In this document: positions 60,541 to 64,000 of the stretch, in pieces | How positions within the stretch are numbered: position 1 is the stretch's first letter | Layout: every line of letters starts with the position of its first letter | Virus record (IMG/VR): IMGVR_UViG_3300038673_000510 | Coordinates: 32,001-96,000 of that record | DNA length: 64,000 nucleotides | Origin: a virus | Taxonomy: Duplodnaviria > Caudoviricetes | Strand: one strand, 5' to 3' | Notes under the pieces: generated by a model | What the model was told of the DNA's origin: nothing | Seen by the model: only the letters and a program-made list of their open reading frames with translations | Database searches by the model: none | Position numbers and translations under genes: made by a program

Positions 60541-60744
60541 TCAGTAAAAAACTTTTTCATTTTTTGTCCCCTTAGTTTTATATTCTCCACACCAATTGTG
60601 ATAATTGTTCATTACTTCCGGAAAACTTGATACATTATTACTATCAAGTTGTGGCGGATATCGTCTGCAGAAAAATTTCACATCATAAAAATCATTTTCT
60701 GTTTTTTTTACATATATACAATTTTGACATAATTCTTCATCCAT
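60541..60744 (-). CDS. small Cys-rich phage protein
   Basis: CQNC...CRRYPP...FP.V....WCGEY. Confidence 0.7.
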   Translation of the reverse strand: MDEELCQNCIYVKKTENDFYDVKFFCRRYPPQLDSNNVSSFPEVMNNYHNWCGEYKTKGTKNEKVFY

Positions 60745-60765
60745 TTATTGTGTCCTCTTCTCTGT

Positions 60766-62649
60766 TTATTTTACCTCTAACCTACTACTACCATTTTCCT
60801 TAATAATCGTTGTTATTGTTTCTGGTTGTAAAGCTTCTATAACTTCAGGCTGATGTGTTATATTATAAACGGCGCTCTCTTGTGCATATTTTGTTTTAAT
60901 CATTTCAGCAAAAGCATTAATAGATGGTAAATCTATATTAGTATAAACTTCATCTAAAATTATGATACCAGAATTCATGACATTAAGTCTCATTGCATCA
61001 AAAATAGCAAAGTTAAGAGATAGATTAACTTTTACTTTTTCACCAGTAGATAATTCATGATAATCATATTGTTCGCCATTAAAAATAATAGTTTCATTAA
61101 AAAGTAAATCAAGTATCAGCGTTAATTGATCATCAAATACTTGGTCAAGATTTTGTCTTACCAGTTCGTTAAATACCGGCATAATAGTTGAAACTGCATA
61201 TTGTTTTATACTGTTTTCGTTTTTAATGTTTAATATGTCATCAAGATAATCCAATTCATTAACAATTGTGGTCAATTTGATTTTTTCATCACTAAGCTTA
61301 TTAAGCTCTTTTGTTTTTGCTTTTAGATCAACCGTCATTCTTTTAAGATGTGTATCATCTTTATTTATTTGAGCTAATTGCGTTTCTTTAATTAAAATAT
61401 TTTCATTGATATTTTTTATTTCAGTTAATAAATCATCATTAGCATTTTCTTTGTATTCTTCTGGAATATCTATTTCTTCTAATTGTAACTTTAACTCTTT
61501 AAGCTTTTTTTCATATTCTAAAAGTTTTTCTGTTGCTTCTGCCCAAATTTTATGAGCGCCAGAACGTACAGCATTATTATCAACAATATGTTTATTTAAA
61601 GTATCAATATGTTGTTGAAGTTTACTTTTGTGTTTATTGTGTGTTTCTTCATCTTGAATAACTCCACAATTATGACATTTAATAGGTTCAAGTCCATCAA
61701 GCTGATCTTGTGTTTCCGCTATATCTTCAGTATGTGTTATATTTAACTTATCAATTTTTATAATACGTTGATTTGCAGATGATATTGCAAGTTTAAGATC
61801 AATTATTTTATCTTCTATTTCTTCAATATTTTCCGTAATATCTTTTGCTGTTTTTATGTTTTTTACAAATGAATCAACATCAATATTACCGAATAAAACC
61901 ATTTTCTTTTTAAGTTCATCAATTTCGTTTGTTAAATTTGTAACTTTAGTAGTCTTGTTATTTTCAAACGCTTGAATTTCTTTTTGAATATGATTAACAA
62001 GATTTGCGGCACTTACTAAATCCGCTGATATTACAGCAAGATCTTGTTGATATTGCTTTTTCTTTTTAAGTATTATATCTTGATATTTTTTTAGCTTGTC
62101 AAGTTGAATAATAGTTTCAAATATTCTCCAGCGTTCTGTTGGAGTATAATCTAAAAATTGTTTAAGGTCTTCTCTGCTTAATAAAACAGTTTTGAGAAAG
62201 GTTTCATCATTAATAAGAACAATTTCATTAATTGCTTGCTGAGTTGATGCAATATCTGATCGCGTAATGTCATGCCAATTTCCACCAACTGCTTCATATA
62301 AAAATAATCCGTTTTTCCCTTGTTTATGTTTTCTATATCGTTCAACACGATACTGATTATTATTAACTGAAAAATTAAGAGCAGCTTTTAAATCTTTACC
62401 AACTCTCTTGTTAATAATTCTATCCTTATTCATTTTTTTTGTAATATTTCCATACAAAGCGAAATAAGGAATCATAGTTAGTGTGCTTTTTCCACTACCA
62501 ACACTATACTTACCAGATAGAGCACTATCTCCCTCAAGGTCAAGATTTTGCGCTGTAATTAAATGAAGTCCTTTGTCGGCAAAATTAAAATTATGCTCTC
62601 CCTCAAAACTACCGAAGTTTGAAAAATCTGTAGATTGAAATCTTAGCAT
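60766..62649 (-). CDS. sbcC: SbcC/Rad50-like recombination ATPase (T4 gp46-like)
   Basis: NFGSF, GSGKSTL, zinc hook CHNCG, LSTGEK, ILDEV, ITH. Confidence 0.92.
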   Translation of the reverse strand: MLRFQSTDFSNFGSFEGEHNFNFADKGLHLITAQNLDLEGDSALSGKYSVGSGKSTLTMIPYFALYGNITKKMNKDRIINKRVGKDLKAALNFSVNNNQYRVERYRKHKQGKNGLFLYEAVGGNWHDITRSDIASTQQAINEIVLINDETFLKTVLLSREDLKQFLDYTPTERWRIFETIIQLDKLKKYQDIILKKKKQYQQDLAVISADLVSAANLVNHIQKEIQAFENNKTTKVTNLTNEIDELKKKMVLFGNIDVDSFVKNIKTAKDITENIEEIEDKIIDLKLAISSANQRIIKIDKLNITHTEDIAETQDQLDGLEPIKCHNCGVIQDEETHNKHKSKLQQHIDTLNKHIVDNNAVRSGAHKIWAEATEKLLEYEKKLKELKLQLEEIDIPEEYKENANDDLLTEIKNINENILIKETQLAQINKDDTHLKRMTVDLKAKTKELNKLSDEKIKLTTIVNELDYLDDILNIKNENSIKQYAVSTIMPVFNELVRQNLDQVFDDQLTLILDLLFNETIIFNGEQYDYHELSTGEKVKVNLSLNFAIFDAMRLNVMNSGIIILDEVYTNIDLPSINAFAEMIKTKYAQESAVYNITHQPEVIEALQPETITTIIKENGSSRLEVK

Positions 62650-62870
62650 TATTTTTTTCCTAAGTTAGATTTAGATGTATAATTATTTGCTGCATTCCCA
62701 CACTCACCTTCAGGAACAATCATCATGGGTGCTCTCTTACCAAAATATTTAGTAGATGGAGCGCCACACTTTTCGCATAGCACAACGTTATCTTTTATAC
62801 TTTCTTCATATGATAGTATATGATCTTCTTTGTGTTCGCATTTTGTACAAATATATGAATAATTAGGCAT
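62649..62870 (-). CDS. FmdB-type zinc ribbon protein
   Basis: MPNYSYICTKC...CEKCG. Confidence 0.85.
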   Translation of the reverse strand: MPNYSYICTKCEHKEDHILSYEESIKDNVVLCEKCGAPSTKYFGKRAPMMIVPEGECGNAANNYTSKSNLGKK

Positions 62871-63972
62871 TCATTTTCTCCTTTACTGTAATTTCTAAAT
62901 GTTCTAATAAATTATTTTTATTAAACGGTAGTCCGTTTTCTTGTTCAAGTTTATTTAAAAAATTTGTTATAAGGGTTTCATCATCCTGAAATGTAATCTC
63001 ACTCCAACCTTTAATACTCGCAAGTTTAATTTGATCAACTAAATCCATAATGATTTTTACTTCAAAATTTTTTTCCATAAGTTTTTGTCTAAGAGTAACC
63101 AATAATTCTTTAGATACTTTTTTAGTTACTCTTATTCTTATGTAATGATTTTCCAATGTTAACATTTCCATTGCATTAGTTTTATTAAGTTCATAAGTAA
63201 TAAATTTAGGTGTAATTTCATTATCAATAAACTTATGAGTATTTGTTGCCATATCATAAATTACAAAACCATGGCTCGATAATTCGTCGCCATGTTTTGA
63301 TTGAAGCGGAGATGAAACATAAGTAATGTTTTTATTTGACTGATAGCCATGATAATGTCCAAGATATACTTTATTAAATTTTTTTAAAGAAGTATTACTT
63401 ACTGGCGCATCATTTATCGATCCTCCAGCATATTCATGAACTTTAAATGTTGTTACACCAAAATGAGAAAATAAATTTACTTTACGTTTTTCAAAATCGC
63501 ATAACTTCATTATACCTTTTAATTTATCGCTTATATCATTGTAAAATGGAAGAAAAATAAAATGATAATCTTTGGTTTTATATTCCATAGGAGTATCTAC
63601 TACAATGATATTTTCATAGTATCGATAATTAGCTGGCAAATTTATTTCTGATTGATTAAAATATGCTAAATCATGATTTCCTGGTAATAACACCACTGGA
63701 CAAATTCGCGACATAGCATTAAACATATTATTAACTTTAATAAGTCCATCAGTATTAACGGTATTTTTTGTATCAAATATATCGCCAAGAATAAAAATAG
63801 CGTCTACTTGTTCTTTAATACATATGTCCATAAAATTTTGCATCATAGCTTCCATATGATAAAAGAATTTATTATTCTTTTGAAAAATATTAAAGTGCAT
63901 ATCAGCTATCATAGCAATTTTCGATTTATTGGTTAACTTCAACACATCTTTTTTATCTATAGTCTTCAACAC
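62863..63972 (-). CDS. sbcD: SbcD/Mre11-like nuclease (T4 gp47-like)
   Basis: ADMH, LGDIFD, PGNHD, SH, LGHYH. Confidence 0.92.
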   Translation of the reverse strand: MLKTIDKKDVLKLTNKSKIAMIADMHFNIFQKNNKFFYHMEAMMQNFMDICIKEQVDAIFILGDIFDTKNTVNTDGLIKVNNMFNAMSRICPVVLLPGNHDLAYFNQSEINLPANYRYYENIIVVDTPMEYKTKDYHFIFLPFYNDISDKLKGIMKLCDFEKRKVNLFSHFGVTTFKVHEYAGGSINDAPVSNTSLKKFNKVYLGHYHGYQSNKNITYVSSPLQSKHGDELSSHGFVIYDMATNTHKFIDNEITPKFITYELNKTNAMEMLTLENHYIRIRVTKKVSKELLVTLRQKLMEKNFEVKIIMDLVDQIKLASIKGWSEITFQDDETLITNFLNKLEQENGLPFNKNNLLEHLEITVKEKMNA

Positions 63973-64000
63973 AATTCTTTTCCTAAATAAAACATTTTTA

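Noticed and set aside
1-64000. CRISPR array, tRNA/rRNA genes, DGR or retron
   Set aside because: No regularly spaced short repeats, no cloverleaf/TpsiC signature noticed by eye, and no reverse transcriptase. The 300-375 bp repeats lack adenine-specific variation.
1-64000. Stop-codon reassignment explaining the broken genes
   Set aside because: Core genes are full length in the standard code. The breaks are frame changes or physical separations, not in-frame stops.

Overview
AT-rich segment of a large T4-like (myovirus-type) phage genome in the standard genetic code. Left to right it has a replication start (primase tail, helicase), about 20 kb of early/accessory genes under near-consensus sigma70 promoters (nucleotide metabolism, Rnl1 RNA ligase, Pnk, RNase H), and a virion module (baseplate hub, sigma factor, intein-containing TerL, portal, prohead protease, scaffold, major capsid, neck, sheath, tube). 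It ends with an Mre11/Rad50-like (gp47/gp46) pair. Three things stand out. (1) The gp41/DnaB helicase is fractured by a naturally split, gp41-1-like intein whose halves lie 16.7 kb apart. (2) A CCA-adding enzyme is broken into two separately translated genes by a free-standing GIY-YIG endonuclease, with no intron or intein. (3) Behind the capsid gene is a cassette of otherwise unrelated genes that share an N-terminal M-x(3-6)-Y-L-E leader, resembling the T4 capsid-targeting/prohead-protease signal. It includes the CCA N-half, an ADP-ribosyltransferase-like protein, a paralog family and an ATPase. A permuted duplication there has breakpoints in the DNA encoding the leader. This suggests a shuffleable payload that is packaged in the capsid and injected, and that includes tRNA repair. 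All family calls are by eye from motifs; no searches were run.
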